From an uncultured Candidatus Peribacteria bacterium (lineage in GTDB: Bacteria > Patescibacteriota > Gracilibacteria > BD1-5 > UBA2023), in NCBI GenBank assembly GCA_964540725.1, contig CAZINU010000001.1:159419-223418 (forward strand): DNA of 64,000 bases, given 5' to 3'. The notes below the pieces were generated by a model. It worked only from the letters and a program-made list of their open reading frames with translations. It was not told where the DNA came from and did not search any database. Below are positions 9,811 to 19,724 of the stretch, piece after piece. A program made the position numbers and the translations under genes. Position 1 is the first letter of the stretch, and every line of letters starts with the position of its first letter.

Positions 9811-11028
9811 ATGGAAACGGACTTTCAACCCCTCAGAATGCGAATCTTCCAAAAATCCTTCCAGGCCGCGACGCTCGCGTGTCTCGTCGCTCTTCAATCC
9901 GGCCACGCCCTTTTTGCCGCGGAATCCTCTTCCGGCGCCGTTTCCGAAACCGTAAAGACCGGCAAGCGCACCTTCGTCGTCACTGCGTACTATTCGCCGC
10001 TTCCCGATCAGAAACGGTATCTCAAAGGCACGTACGAAGCCGATATTCGCCTGAACGGAAACGGTACGCACGGAGCGAGCGGAAAGCCGGTATATCCCGG
10101 CATGCTCGCCGCCCCGAAGCACTATCCGTTCGGAACCGCCATCAAGCTCGAAGGGCTCGGCGTCGGCGTCGTCGACGACCGCGGGGGCGCCATCGTCAAG
10201 GCGGGGGAGCGCGGCCAATCGCACGACCGTATCGACGTGTGGATGGGGTACGGCGACGAGGGGCTCGCCCGCGCCCTTTCGTGGGGTCGGCGGACCGTTC
10301 AGGGCGACGTAATCGCCATTGCCGATGCGAAAATTCGTCCGAACGTCGCCGTTGCGGGGCTTCCGAAGGCCGGACTTGCCGTCGTTTCCAAGCCCGCCAA
10401 GCCCGCGCCCCCCTCCGTTTCCGATCGAATATTTTCGGAGCCCGTCGGCGCTAACAGTTCGACCGGCATGGTTCGGGCGTTGTCCGAGCGCCTCATAGCG
10501 GTCGGATACCTCGAATCCGCTCCGAGCGAAGCGTTCAACGGCGACGTAAAATTCGCCCTCATCCGTTTTCAGACCGACCGGGGGTTGCTGAAGGGGAAGA
10601 ACGATTCGAACGCCGGATACTACGGTCCCGCGACCCGCAAGGCCTTGAAGGCCGCCTACGAAACCTATCTCAAAGACAAGAAGGATGCCGATTCCGACGT
10701 GGAAGGCATGCTCGCGACCGCCCTTTCGAGCGCGAAAGCCGTTTCCGCCGAGTCGGCCAATCTCCGCAAAGCGGTCGAATCTATGGGAACGCCCAAGGAC
10801 GGCGAGGTCGGGTCGCACATCCGCTCGCTCCAGGAGATGCTCGTTCGCCTCGGTTACCTCGACGCGAAACCGACCGGCACGTACGGTCCGAAAACGAAAG
10901 AGGCCGTCGCCAAATTCCAGATCGACGCCGGGCTCGTTTCCGGATTCTCCGACCCGAACGCGGGAAAATTCGGAAAACTTACGAAGAGCCGGTTCTTGTT
11001 GTCGATGTTGGAGGGGGCGAAGAAATAA
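9811..11028 (+). CDS. Secreted cell-wall protein: 3D (MltA/Rpf-type) domain plus two peptidoglycan-binding repeats
   Basis: A signal-like N-terminus is followed by TAYYSPLP...NGNGTHGASG...VVDDRGGAIV...RIDVW (3D domain). Two PG_binding_1-like repeats follow (LIAVGYL...FQTDRGL and LVRLGYL...FQIDAGL). An alternative start is at 9838. Confidence 0.75.
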   Translation: METDFQPLRMRIFQKSFQAATLACLVALQSGHALFAAESSSGAVSETVKTGKRTFVVTAYYSPLPDQKRYLKGTYEADIRLNGNGTHGASGKPVYPGMLAAPKHYPFGTAIKLEGLGVGVVDDRGGAIVKAGERGQSHDRIDVWMGYGDEGLARALSWGRRTVQGDVIAIADAKIRPNVAVAGLPKAGLAVVSKPAKPAPPSVSDRIFSEPVGANSSTGMVRALSERLIAVGYLESAPSEAFNGDVKFALIRFQTDRGLLKGKNDSNAGYYGPATRKALKAAYETYLKDKKDADSDVEGMLATALSSAKAVSAESANLRKAVESMGTPKDGEVGSHIRSLQEMLVRLGYLDAKPTGTYGPKTKEAVAKFQIDAGLVSGFSDPNAGKFGKLTKSRFLLSMLEGAKK

Positions 11029-11262
11029 GCGGATTCGAACCCGCTCGAAAGCGTCGATGCCGGGATGGATCGAGGAGGCATTCCGAATCGTTCCAACGAC
11101 CCGTTTCCACTATGAAAAAGTCCCCTTGCGTACTCCGGCGGAAAGCCGGGATTCGGAGGGGGACCATGTTACCGGAGGGTGTTTTGTGTGAGTACGTTGA
11201 CCAGTTAGCTGATAACGGTGGCGCACCGTCGCGGCCGGTACCGCGACGTCGCAAATTACAGC

Positions 11263-13197
11263 CTACTTTCCCCGCCGAGTCAACCGTTTTTTCGAATCCG
11301 CTCCGGAGTCTCCCCGATCACCTGACGCCGCCGTTTCCGGCTCGAAATCGATGCGTCCGTACGCGCGTTCGACCGAGACGAGCCGAACCCGGAGCCTCGT
11401 TCCGAAGGCGGGAAATTCGGATTCGCGAACCCGTCCCCGTCCATTTTTCGTCCCGAGATAAACCGCCCCTTCGATGCCGTTTTCGAGTCGCACGTAGTAC
11501 GCGTAACGGGACCTTCCGACGACCGTGGCATCGAACGATTCGCCGATATGGCGTTCCATGTATCGGGCGGAGTCGAACGATTCGACCGTCCGTTCGAGTT
11601 CTTCGGCCCGCCGCTCGGTTTCGGAGCACCGGTTCGCGACTTCCGGCAGCATTGCCGCGAGGCGGGTCTTTTCGGTCGAATCGAGCCGCTTCCGTATCCA
11701 ATCCTTGATAATCCGGTGGGCGACCAGGTCGGGGTACCGGCGGATGGGCGACGTGAAATGGGTGTAGTACTCGAGTGCGAGGCCGTAGTGGCCGAGCGGC
11801 TTTTCCGAATACCGGGCTTTCGAGAGTTTCGAAAGGAGAAGCCGTTCGACGGGCGGAAGGTTCGGAATCCGTTTGAGGGCGGAATACGCTTCCCGAACGT
11901 CCTTGGGCCGCGCTCCGGATTTCGGGAACCGGATGCCGTACGACGCGAACAGTTCGGAAAGTTCCAGATTCTTTTCTTCGGACGGCGGTTCGTGCACGCG
12001 GTAGATGAAGGGGGCGAATTCGGAGAGGGATTTCGAAATTTCCTCGTTCGCGATGACCATGAACGTTTCGATGAGCCGGTGCGAAGCCACGCGTTCGCGT
12101 TCGCGGATTTCCAAAGGCTCGCCGGAGGCGTCGAGTTCCACTTTCAATTCCGGCAGGTCGAAGTCGATCCGCCCCTCTTTTTCGCGGCGCCGGTCGATTT
12201 TTTCGGCGAGTTCGTAGGCCGAATCGACGAGCGCGAGAATTTCCGGGGTCGGCGCGGCGGACGAACGGTCGCGTTCGTGCCAGGCTTGGACTTCTTCGTA
12301 CGTGCAGCGCCGGTTCGACCGAATTTCGGTCTCCTCCAGCCGCTTCTTCCGAACGTTCCCGTCCGGGTCGATTTCCATGAATACCGACAGGCAGAGCTTC
12401 CTTCCTCCCGGATGGAGGGAGCAGAGGTCGTTCGAGAGCCTTTCCGGAAGCATGGGCACGACGCGGTCCGACAGGTAGCACGACGTTCCGCGTCGGAACG
12501 CCTCCCGGTCGAGCGGACTTCCGGCTCGGACGTACTCCGCCACGTCGGCGATGTGGACGCCGAGTTCGTAACGTCCGCCGCCCAGGCGCTCCACGGAGAT
12601 GGCGTCGTCCAAATCCTTCGCGTCGGCGCCGTCGATGGTAATGACGACGCGGTCCGACAAATCGCGTCGCCTCGGGGCCGAATCGGCGTCTTCGGACAAT
12701 CGGGAAGCTTCCGAAAGGACGCGCTCCGGAAAGACCGTGGGAATCCCGCTTTCGCGTACGAGGATTTCCCGCTCGGTCCGAACGTCGTCGGAACGCCCGA
12801 TGCGTTCCGTGACCGTGGCGTTCGTTTTCGCGCCGAACCCTTCGACGCGTACCGAAACCGTTTCGCCATCCCGGGCGCCGCCGATGCGTTCCATGGGAAC
12901 GAAGAGGCGGGCGCCCTCCGGAACCTTGGTCTCCACGAAGGCGTACGGCCGTCCGCGGACGGGTCTGAGGATTCCGAAAATCGGTCCTGGCCCGCGCCGG
13001 AGGATTTTTACGATCTTCGCTTCGGCATCCCGCCCTTCTTCCGCCCGGCGTACCGGTACCGCCTCAACGCCATCGCCGTCGAACGCGTCGCCGCGGTTTC
13101 GGGATCCTACGAAAAAGACCGTCCCGTCCTCGGATTCGAGTCGGCCGTATCTCGGGTCGGTTTGGCGGTAGGTTCCGCGGATGGGGCGCTTGGACAT
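11263..13197 (-). CDS. rnr: Ribonuclease R (RNB family 3'-5' exoribonuclease with C-terminal S1)
   Basis: A 644-aa ORF with ITIDGADAKDLDDAIS and HFTSPIRRYPDLVAHR RNB motifs and a C-terminal S1-like segment. Confidence 0.9.
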   Translation of the reverse strand: MSKRPIRGTYRQTDPRYGRLESEDGTVFFVGSRNRGDAFDGDGVEAVPVRRAEEGRDAEAKIVKILRRGPGPIFGILRPVRGRPYAFVETKVPEGARLFVPMERIGGARDGETVSVRVEGFGAKTNATVTERIGRSDDVRTEREILVRESGIPTVFPERVLSEASRLSEDADSAPRRRDLSDRVVITIDGADAKDLDDAISVERLGGGRYELGVHIADVAEYVRAGSPLDREAFRRGTSCYLSDRVVPMLPERLSNDLCSLHPGGRKLCLSVFMEIDPDGNVRKKRLEETEIRSNRRCTYEEVQAWHERDRSSAAPTPEILALVDSAYELAEKIDRRREKEGRIDFDLPELKVELDASGEPLEIRERERVASHRLIETFMVIANEEISKSLSEFAPFIYRVHEPPSEEKNLELSELFASYGIRFPKSGARPKDVREAYSALKRIPNLPPVERLLLSKLSKARYSEKPLGHYGLALEYYTHFTSPIRRYPDLVAHRIIKDWIRKRLDSTEKTRLAAMLPEVANRCSETERRAEELERTVESFDSARYMERHIGESFDATVVGRSRYAYYVRLENGIEGAVYLGTKNGRGRVRESEFPAFGTRLRVRLVSVERAYGRIDFEPETAASGDRGDSGADSKKRLTRRGK

Positions 13198-13286
13198 GGC
13201 TTTGGTCCCGAGAGTATACCGCGCAAATTCCCAAAAGCGAATTTCCCGCGGTTTTGATTTTTTGGGAACCGGGGTAGAATCCCCCC

Positions 13287-13784
13287 ATGGACCTCGCCAA
13301 TCTTTCCCCCGAAAAGGCCGTACTGCTCGTCGGAATCTTCCTCGGCCTTTTCTGGCTCTTTTCCGGATGGTTCCGGAAGTCCGGTTCCGACACGCTTCGA
13401 GCGCCCGGAGGATTGGAATCGGGCGTTGGCCGGATTTCCGATTCGCGCACCGATTGGGATACCGGATTCGATATTTCCGGAACCGGCGCGCCGAAATTCG
13501 GTTCCCGAAGTTCCGCCAACGCGAACGTTCCGAAGTCCGGCTTCGAACGGACGATCGACCGGTGGGTGGGGGGAATTCTAGCGGGGAGGGCGTCGGTCGA
13601 AGTTCGAAGGAAGTTCCAAGAATCGCCCGCCGCGGCCATCGTCGGAGCCGTTTTTTGTTTCGCGTTCCTTTCCGAAATCGTTATCGCCGCCGCCGTACTC
13701 TTTGCCGCCTACGCGGTCATGAAGTGGAAGGGCGGCCGATCGGACGAACTGTACGGCATCTTCAAAGGCATTCCCCCGAAATAG
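13287..13784 (+). CDS. Hypothetical membrane protein
   Basis: A 165-aa ORF with hydrophobic segments at both ends. I recognised no motif. Confidence 0.5.
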   Translation: MDLANLSPEKAVLLVGIFLGLFWLFSGWFRKSGSDTLRAPGGLESGVGRISDSRTDWDTGFDISGTGAPKFGSRSSANANVPKSGFERTIDRWVGGILAGRASVEVRRKFQESPAAAIVGAVFCFAFLSEIVIAAAVLFAAYAVMKWKGGRSDELYGIFKGIPPK

Positions 13785-13787
13785 GCC

Positions 13788-14063
13788 ATGCGAACGCTCT
13801 TCGTCTCTCTTCGCGCCGCGCTCCTCACCCTGGTTTTCCTGTTCGGCCTCCTGTACGCCGTCGTCGGATTCGGGTATTTCGGAGTGTCGCTGTATTTCTG
13901 GAATTCCGACTTTTTCGCGTCGGCGATTCCGGCCGCCTATACCTTCTTTATCGGATTCGTCGGCATCGCCGTTTCGGTAGTGTCAGCCCGGCAACTTTCC
14001 AAAGCCAACCGCGAATGGGCCCGGCCGCGGTCGGATTCCCCCGAAGCCGAACCTTCCGAATAA
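13788..14063 (+). CDS. Hypothetical small membrane protein
   Basis: A 91-aa ORF with two or three predicted TM helices. It starts 4 nt after the previous stop. Confidence 0.5.
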   Translation: MRTLFVSLRAALLTLVFLFGLLYAVVGFGYFGVSLYFWNSDFFASAIPAAYTFFIGFVGIAVSVVSARQLSKANREWARPRSDSPEAEPSE

Positions 14064-14072
14064 CCCAAGCCT

Positions 14073-14873
14073 ATGGAATCGAAATTTTCCCTTGCCCTGG
14101 GCGGCGGAGCCGCCCGAGGACTCGCGCATATCGGCGCCATCCGCGCGTTCGAGGAATCCGGTTTCCGGCCATCGGCCGTCGCCGGCACCAGCATGGGCGC
14201 TATCGTCGCGGCGTTGCTCGCGTTCGGAAAAACGTCCAGCGAAATGGTTGGAATCGCGGCGTCCGTACCGTATTTCAAACTGCTCGACTCCGATCTTCGG
14301 TCGGGACTCATCGGTGGGAAAAAGATTGAAAAATACCTTCGGACGCTTTTTGGAGACGCGAAGATCGAAGACGCGAAGATTCCGCTCGCCATCGTCGCAA
14401 CCGATATCCTCACGGGCGGGAAGCGGGTATTCCGGGAAGGCGACGCAGTATCGGCCATTCGGGCTTCCATCGGAATTCCGGGCGTTCTCAAGCCCTTCGA
14501 ATACGATGGAACGCAGTACGTCGACGGCGGGATTTCCGAAAACCTTCCGGTCGAAGAATTGCCGGACGGTCCCGTACTCGCCGTATCGGTCTTGCGCGAC
14601 GTCGGCCGGCCCATTAAAACCCGGGCGAAGGTTCTCGGATTCGAATGGAACCACGCCATCTTCGGCATGGGATACCAGATTCTCCAAAAGACCATCGATA
14701 TCATGATGGCGCAAAACGAGGCCCGATCCCTCGCGAGCCGCCCGGGCGTCACGCTCCTCCATCCCAGGTTCGAGGGCATCGATTACTACGAATTCCATCG
14801 ACATGCCGAAATCGTCCGAATCGGTTACGAAACCGCCAAGGCCGCGGCGGAAACCCTCCGTTTTCCAAAATAA
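14073..14873 (+). CDS. Patatin-like phospholipase
   Basis: The product has LALGGGAARGLAHIG (oxyanion GGGxRG), GTSMG (GxSxG nucleophile) and a later DGG motif. Confidence 0.85.
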   Translation: MESKFSLALGGGAARGLAHIGAIRAFEESGFRPSAVAGTSMGAIVAALLAFGKTSSEMVGIAASVPYFKLLDSDLRSGLIGGKKIEKYLRTLFGDAKIEDAKIPLAIVATDILTGGKRVFREGDAVSAIRASIGIPGVLKPFEYDGTQYVDGGISENLPVEELPDGPVLAVSVLRDVGRPIKTRAKVLGFEWNHAIFGMGYQILQKTIDIMMAQNEARSLASRPGVTLLHPRFEGIDYYEFHRHAEIVRIGYETAKAAAETLRFPK

Positions 14874-14954
14874 TCCCCATGATCTTCCTTCTTATCGCCG
14901 CCGCGTTCGCCGCCGCGCTGGCATTCGCCTTTTACTCGAAATAACCCGCGACCC

Positions 14955-15665
14955 ATGCAACGGTTTTATCTTCCCGACGTTCCGACGGAAACGGTTACCG
15001 CGTCCGATTCCGCGTTCGTCCACCAAATTTCGCGCGTACTCCGGTGCGCGCCCGGAGATCGCGTCGTGCTGTTTTCCGATGCCGGAGGGGGCGAATACGA
15101 AATTCGGGAAATTTCCAAAAAATCGGTTTCGTTCGTCCGGATTCGCGCGATCGCCCCTTCGTGCGACCCGGGGATTTTTATAACGCTCTACCAAGCGCTC
15201 CCCAATCGGTTCGAAAAAATCGAATACCTCCTGCAGAAGGGGGTCGAGGCCGGAATTTCGGAATTCGTATTTTTTCCGGCGGAACGTTCCCAAAAACTCG
15301 TCGTAACGCCCGCGAAAATCGAACGTTTCGAATCCATCGTCCGGGAGGCGCTCGAACAGTGCGGAGGGTTCTGCCTGCCGAAAATCCGTTTTGAAAAAGG
15401 GTTCCCCGCCATTCCGGAATGAATGTCCGCCGTATTCCTCCATACGGCCCCGGAGTGCCGGAGCATACGGGAGTTCCTCCGCGGAATTCCCCTGGAAACG
15501 CGTTCCGTCGGAATGTTCGTAGGACCGGAAGGGGGCTTCTCCGCCGACGAGCTCGCCCGGTGCCAGATTCTCTCCGCCGTTCCCGTGCGGGCGGGCAATC
15601 GGATTCTCCGAACGGAAACGGCGGGCGTCGTCATGGCGTTCTGCTTGCTCCGAATGATGGAATAG
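14955..15665 (+). CDS. rsmE: 16S rRNA m3U1498 methyltransferase RsmE
   Basis: ORFs 14955-15422 and 15423-15665 share a frame and are joined by the TGA at 15420. The product starts MQRFYL and carries EQCGG and FVGPEGGFS...RILRTETA SPOUT motifs. Confidence 0.85.
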
Positions 15666-15745
15666 GCGTTTTGACTTTTTCGTTTCCGTCCGTACGATAC
15701 GTTCGTCCGGGATTTCCGCGAAAACAGAAAAGGAAGGAGTGAACG

Positions 15746-15925
15746 ATGGAGCAAATCCTCCAGATGTTGCCCGCAAAAGTCGCCATGGTCTTCGGAGCGT
15801 TCGTCTCGACGTTCGTTTCGGCTGCGGCCATTGGCGTTCCCACTCCGATGGCCGTAACGGGAGGTTTCCTCTCCGCCCTGGTCGTCGCCGCCACCACCAA
15901 CCTCGCGCTCCTTCTCGGGGATTGA
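15746..15925 (+). CDS. Possible 59-aa hydrophobic peptide (SD-led) ending in TGA
   Basis: GGAGTGAACG-ATG has a GGAG SD. The product is MEQILQMLPAKVAMVFGAFVSTFVSAAAIGVPTPMAVTGGFLSALVVAATTNLALLLGD. It is followed by TGA and then a terminator 15 nt later. Under table 25 the frame stays open for more than 600 codons. Confidence 0.3.
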   Translation: MEQILQMLPAKVAMVFGAFVSTFVSAAAIGVPTPMAVTGGFLSALVVAATTNLALLLGD

Positions 15926-15940
15926 CCCCGGCGGACGCGA

Positions 15941-15968
15941 AAAAACCGGCGCTTAGGCGCCGGTTTTT
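15941..15968. terminator. Bidirectional rho-independent terminator
   Basis: A5-CCGGCGC-ttag-GCGCCGG-T5. The loop contains the TAA that closes the read-through form of the convergent gene. Confidence 0.6.
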
Positions 15969-17434
15969 CTTTTCTGGGAGGGGACGTTCTTTTTTCGGAT
16001 TTTTTTCTGGACCTTCGCTCCGTCCAACTTCGCTCCCGAAGGATCTTCGCTGACGTAGAGGGCTTCGTCGAACCATTTCGCCCGACGGGAGAGCGATTCG
16101 AACGGTTCGGTCAGAAGCTCGTGGCTCCGTCATTCGTAGTAGGAAACCTCGGTCAGCTTTCCGTCCGTTCCGATTTTTCCGCCGACGATGATGCCCGTAT
16201 GCTGTCCGACGTACCCGACGACGCCCCTTCCTTCCGGAGTCGTCCATTCGAGTCGGGCGAATCCGCGGTTCGGATCGTCGGTCATCGCGTACCAGAATAC
16301 GACGGGGTTTCCCTTCGCGAGACTTTTCACGATGGAGGCCGCGTCGAACGTGCCCTTGTCGATCTTCAATCCGTACCGTTTCAATTCCCTTCGGACGTAG
16401 GGGAGGGTCCCGTCGGCGTGGATTCCGTATCCGGTCAGCTTTTTCGGATTGGAACTCTGCCGACCGTCGATCCGTCCGACGAACCCCTTTTCCGGATCCG
16501 ACCATACGCGCGCTCCGCCCCGGTATTCGGGAAGTTCCGGAAACGAAGGGAGAAGGAGGACGACGGCTTCCTCCGCGATGGGGGATTCGCCCTTTCGGAG
16601 CCGATACGAATTCAGGAGGTCGCGGAGGGAGTTCGATTCGCACGAAAGGGGGTAGGCCTGCTTCGTATGCGGGATGTTTCCGGGAACGGAGAGTTTTCCG
16701 TCGAAATTCAGGAACCGTTTGCGGGCATAGGCGTACGCCGCGAAGTAGCGGGTTTGGGGGCCGACGAGCTCCCGTTCGATCGTTTTGCGCATGGCGTCGA
16801 CTTTTGCCGCGTCAAAGACCGGAATCCCGAGTTCCTCGAGAGTTCGGAGGGCGGCTTCGTCGGAGGGCGCCGAGGTCTTTCCTTCGTACGCCTTCCGAAT
16901 CGCGGCCGGCAGGGTTTTTCGACGTTTTTCCACGGATTTCGAAACGTCGCCTCCCGCTTCCCTCAGGGAAAGGAGGATATGGGCGTACGCTCCGAACAAC
17001 GCCCCGTCCTCCTTGAGGGCGGGCGCGGCAAGAATGCGTTTTTGGAGGTTCGCGAGATAGGCGGGATGGATTTCGGCCTTCGCGTCGATTTCCGAGACCA
17101 TCTCGAAGTTGGTGCGGAAGCGTTCCCTCGTCTGCGCCGGAGCGTTCCCGTACCGGGTGAGCACGTAGGCCGGAAGGCGTTTCTTCGCGAGCGCGTCGGC
17201 CAGCCGGTTGAGACTCTCCGCCGCGCGGAGCTTGCTTTCCCCGCCCGTTCCCGACATCCCGTCCGTTTTTCGTTCCGGAGCGGGAATTCTTTCGGATACG
17301 GGGGAGGGGATTCCGGTTCCGGAACCCGATTCGGATTCCGTGCCGGAAAGCGCTTCCGTCGGCCAGGCGGCGGAAGCGAGGAGGGCGGCGGAGGAAATCG
17401 TCGCGGCCGCGAAGGCCGCCGGGGCGAGGCGCAT
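15953..17434 (-). CDS. Secreted protein with C-terminal C39-like (papain-fold) peptidase domain
   Basis: A signal peptide (MRLAPAAFAAATISSAALLASAAW) begins at ATG 17434. The C-terminal region has QAYPLSCESNSLRDLL...GQHTGIIVG. A TGA at 16130 precedes 58 more codons to TAA at 15953. Confidence 0.6.
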
Positions 17435-17526
17435 GCTTTTGGATCGATTTCGGCGGAGTATAGGCACGTAAGGGCGTTTGTCGAAAAAAGGCGCCCGATT
17501 TTTCGGATTTCGGATATCATGCCGCC

Positions 17527-18360
17527 ATGGATGCCAAGATTTATGCCCACCCTTCGGTGCTGGACGGAAATTTCGGAAACAACGCGTTCGGACGTTTTTC
17601 CGACGCTCCGAACGAACTGTTCGTTCCGCACCGGACATTCGGAACCCTGGACGACGTCCGCCCCGGCTCGAAACCTGCCTTTCGGGAATTCGGAACGGGC
17701 GGTTCGCCGGTCGAATATCCGGGATTGGAGGCGTTCGTTTCCGCCCGGTGGAACGGAATTCCCCTTCACGTGTTCGATAATCACAACCACGCGCTCGCGT
17801 TCTGGTGCGAAGCGTTTTCGAACGGCGTTTTCGACCGGGGGGCGATTCTCGCGCATATCGACATGCACTCCGATCTTTGGCCGAACGAAAGCGATCTCGA
17901 TCTTTCCCGATCGGGCGACGCCGCCTACGTGGAAGCCTTCGTGAACGAAAAAACCTCCGTCGGAACCTACGTGGAGCCGGCCATGCGTTCCGGAATGTTC
18001 GCCGAATTCGTTCGCGTTGAAGGGGAGGGGGACCTGCGTCGGGAATGGGCGAACGTCGGAATCGGAAAGTACGGTCCGGAAGTCTTTCCCAATGCCGTCG
18101 AATCTCCGAACGCCCCCGTTGCCGAAGTTCGCGACAACCTTTCGGAAGGTCCGTACCGGGGTGGGAAGCCCTTTCCGGACATCGTGTTGAATCTCGATCT
18201 CGACTTCTTCGCGCCGGATCTGGAGGACGTTCCGTTCGAATTGAAGCGGGACGTCATTTTGGCCTTCGCCCGGCGTTCGAAGGCAATTACCGTCGCCACG
18301 AGCCCGTGCTTCATCGAGCCGGGTCGGGCAATTTCGGCGCTTCGGAACATTTTCGGATAG
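17527..18360 (+). CDS. Hypothetical protein, UPF0489/arginase-fold-like metal-binding motifs
   Basis: The 277-aa product has HVFDNHNHALAFW, HIDMHSD and LDLDFF. The family assignment is from memory only. Confidence 0.5.
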   Translation: MDAKIYAHPSVLDGNFGNNAFGRFSDAPNELFVPHRTFGTLDDVRPGSKPAFREFGTGGSPVEYPGLEAFVSARWNGIPLHVFDNHNHALAFWCEAFSNGVFDRGAILAHIDMHSDLWPNESDLDLSRSGDAAYVEAFVNEKTSVGTYVEPAMRSGMFAEFVRVEGEGDLRREWANVGIGKYGPEVFPNAVESPNAPVAEVRDNLSEGPYRGGKPFPDIVLNLDLDFFAPDLEDVPFELKRDVILAFARRSKAITVATSPCFIEPGRAISALRNIFG

Positions 18361-18457
18361 AAGGGTACGACCTTTCGGCGCTCCGGGGCAAGGCATGGAA
18401 AAGAACGAATTTTTTCCAATTCCGAAATTCGAAAAACGATGTCCGTGGACGAAGAAT

Positions 18458-18483
18458 GAAAAACCCCGCCCTTTCCGGGCGGG
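18458..18483 (-). terminator. Rho-independent terminator directly after the E1-like gene
   Basis: On the minus strand CCCGCCC-ggaaa-GGGCGGG is followed by GTTTTTC. It begins 10 nt after the TGA at 18494. Confidence 0.65.
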
Positions 18484-18493
18484 TGGAAACTCG

Positions 18494-19312
18494 TCACTTC
18501 GCGGCACAAACGCACTCCGGGTGCGGAGGCAGTTCGAACCGACGGCTCGAAAGGGGCGCTTCGAGAATTCCGGGGATGCCGGAAACCGAGAATACGATCC
18601 AGTTCGAACCGATGGGCGGAAGGGCGTGTTCGGTTCCTTCGAGCAGGAGATCGAGCGAAGCCCGCGAAGCGGTCTTCGCGAGAAACGACTGGTCGATACC
18701 GATGCCCGGAGCCGTTTTGGCATCGCGGGAGGAAGAACAGTCGGCCTTCCCGCCGGTTTTGCGGAACGTTTCGAGAAAATCCTTTCGGTTTTGGTATTCG
18801 AGGAAGCACGAATAACAGGCCGATTTTGGTCGGCAGACGAGAATTTCGCCTCCGCACCCGCGCTCGAACATGCTGACGAACACGGCGGCCGTTCCCGATT
18901 CCCTCGCGATTTCGCCGGAATAGGCGCGCGAAGCGTCGGTATCGGTTCCGACGACGACGAGGTCGGATTCCGCGACCGCCCGTTCGAATTCGGTACGGGC
19001 ATCGAAGACGCTTTTCGGAAACGCGAGAACGTCCGGAAGCGGCTCGAGCGAATACCGTTCGAGGAGCCGCTTGGCCGCCTCGGCTTTGTTTTGGCCGACG
19101 TACTCGGCTCCGCATGCGTGGCGGACCAGGTTGCCGGGCTCGAGGACGTCGCCGTCGAAGAGCCGGAACCGTTCGATTCCGCACCTGAAGAGGTCGAGCG
19201 CGATTTCGGCCGCCCCGCCGAGACCGACGACGGTCACGGTTTTTCCGGAGAGCGGGGCATGGAGGGGGTCCCGGCGCGCGTTGGGTTGGCGGTAGGGCGA
19301 TTCGGTACGCAT
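18494..19312 (-). CDS. E1-like ThiF/MoeB-family adenylyltransferase
   Basis: AAAGGA-N6-ATG lies at 19312. The product has GKTVTVVGLGGAAEIALDL (Rossmann GxGxxG), FDGDVLEPGNLVRH, VVVGTDTD and a CYSC motif. It ends in TGA. Strict table 25 would extend it to TAA at 18287. Confidence 0.8.
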   Translation of the reverse strand: MRTESPYRQPNARRDPLHAPLSGKTVTVVGLGGAAEIALDLFRCGIERFRLFDGDVLEPGNLVRHACGAEYVGQNKAEAAKRLLERYSLEPLPDVLAFPKSVFDARTEFERAVAESDLVVVGTDTDASRAYSGEIARESGTAAVFVSMFERGCGGEILVCRPKSACYSCFLEYQNRKDFLETFRKTGGKADCSSSRDAKTAPGIGIDQSFLAKTASRASLDLLLEGTEHALPPIGSNWIVFSVSGIPGILEAPLSSRRFELPPHPECVCAAK

Positions 19313-19418
19313 GGAAGTTCCTTTCGCGGTTCGTTCTTTCCCGTCCGGAGTTGCCGGGTTTCGGGAGGGCGTTGTGGCGTCCGAGCGAGATTCTCGCGTT
19401 CGGACGCCGGATTCCGCC

Positions 19419-19667
19419 TTATCGGCGGCATTTCGCGAAGCTTCGGAAGTTTCGGCCGATACGGGAGAAAAAATCGGCGTCTCCGCGTTCGGCGGCCTCT
19501 TTCGCTTCGGGGGTGGTATCGGCCGCCACCGCTCCGCCGGGACCGACGACGAGCGACGTCGACTCTCCCCGGGTAAAGGGGAGGATGAGCCGTTCGGTCG
19601 CCGTGACGTCGACCGTGCGGCGGTGGCCGTCGATGCCGAGGTCTTCGAGTTTGAGGGGTTGTGCCAT
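19419..19667 (-). CDS. Small 82-aa protein between the E2-like and E1-like genes
   Basis: It has AAAGGAG-N6-ATG and a TAA stop. There is no C-terminal GG and I recognised no motif. It is in frame with the upstream E2-like ORF. Confidence 0.45.
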   Translation of the reverse strand: MAQPLKLEDLGIDGHRRTVDVTATERLILPFTRGESTSLVVGPGGAVAADTTPEAKEAAERGDADFFSRIGRNFRSFAKCRR

Positions 19668-19724
19668 GGTTCGCTCCTTTCGTTTGGCATGGAAAAAGGG
19701 GTTCCGGCCGTCTGGCCGGAACGT

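Noticed and set aside
18287-18493. Annotating the table-25 extension of the E1-like gene (to TAA at 18287) as real coding sequence.
   Set aside because: The extension runs through a terminator hairpin, an intergenic spacer and 74 nt antisense to the neighbouring gene, and its sequence looks non-protein-like. It is kept as an open question in the findings.
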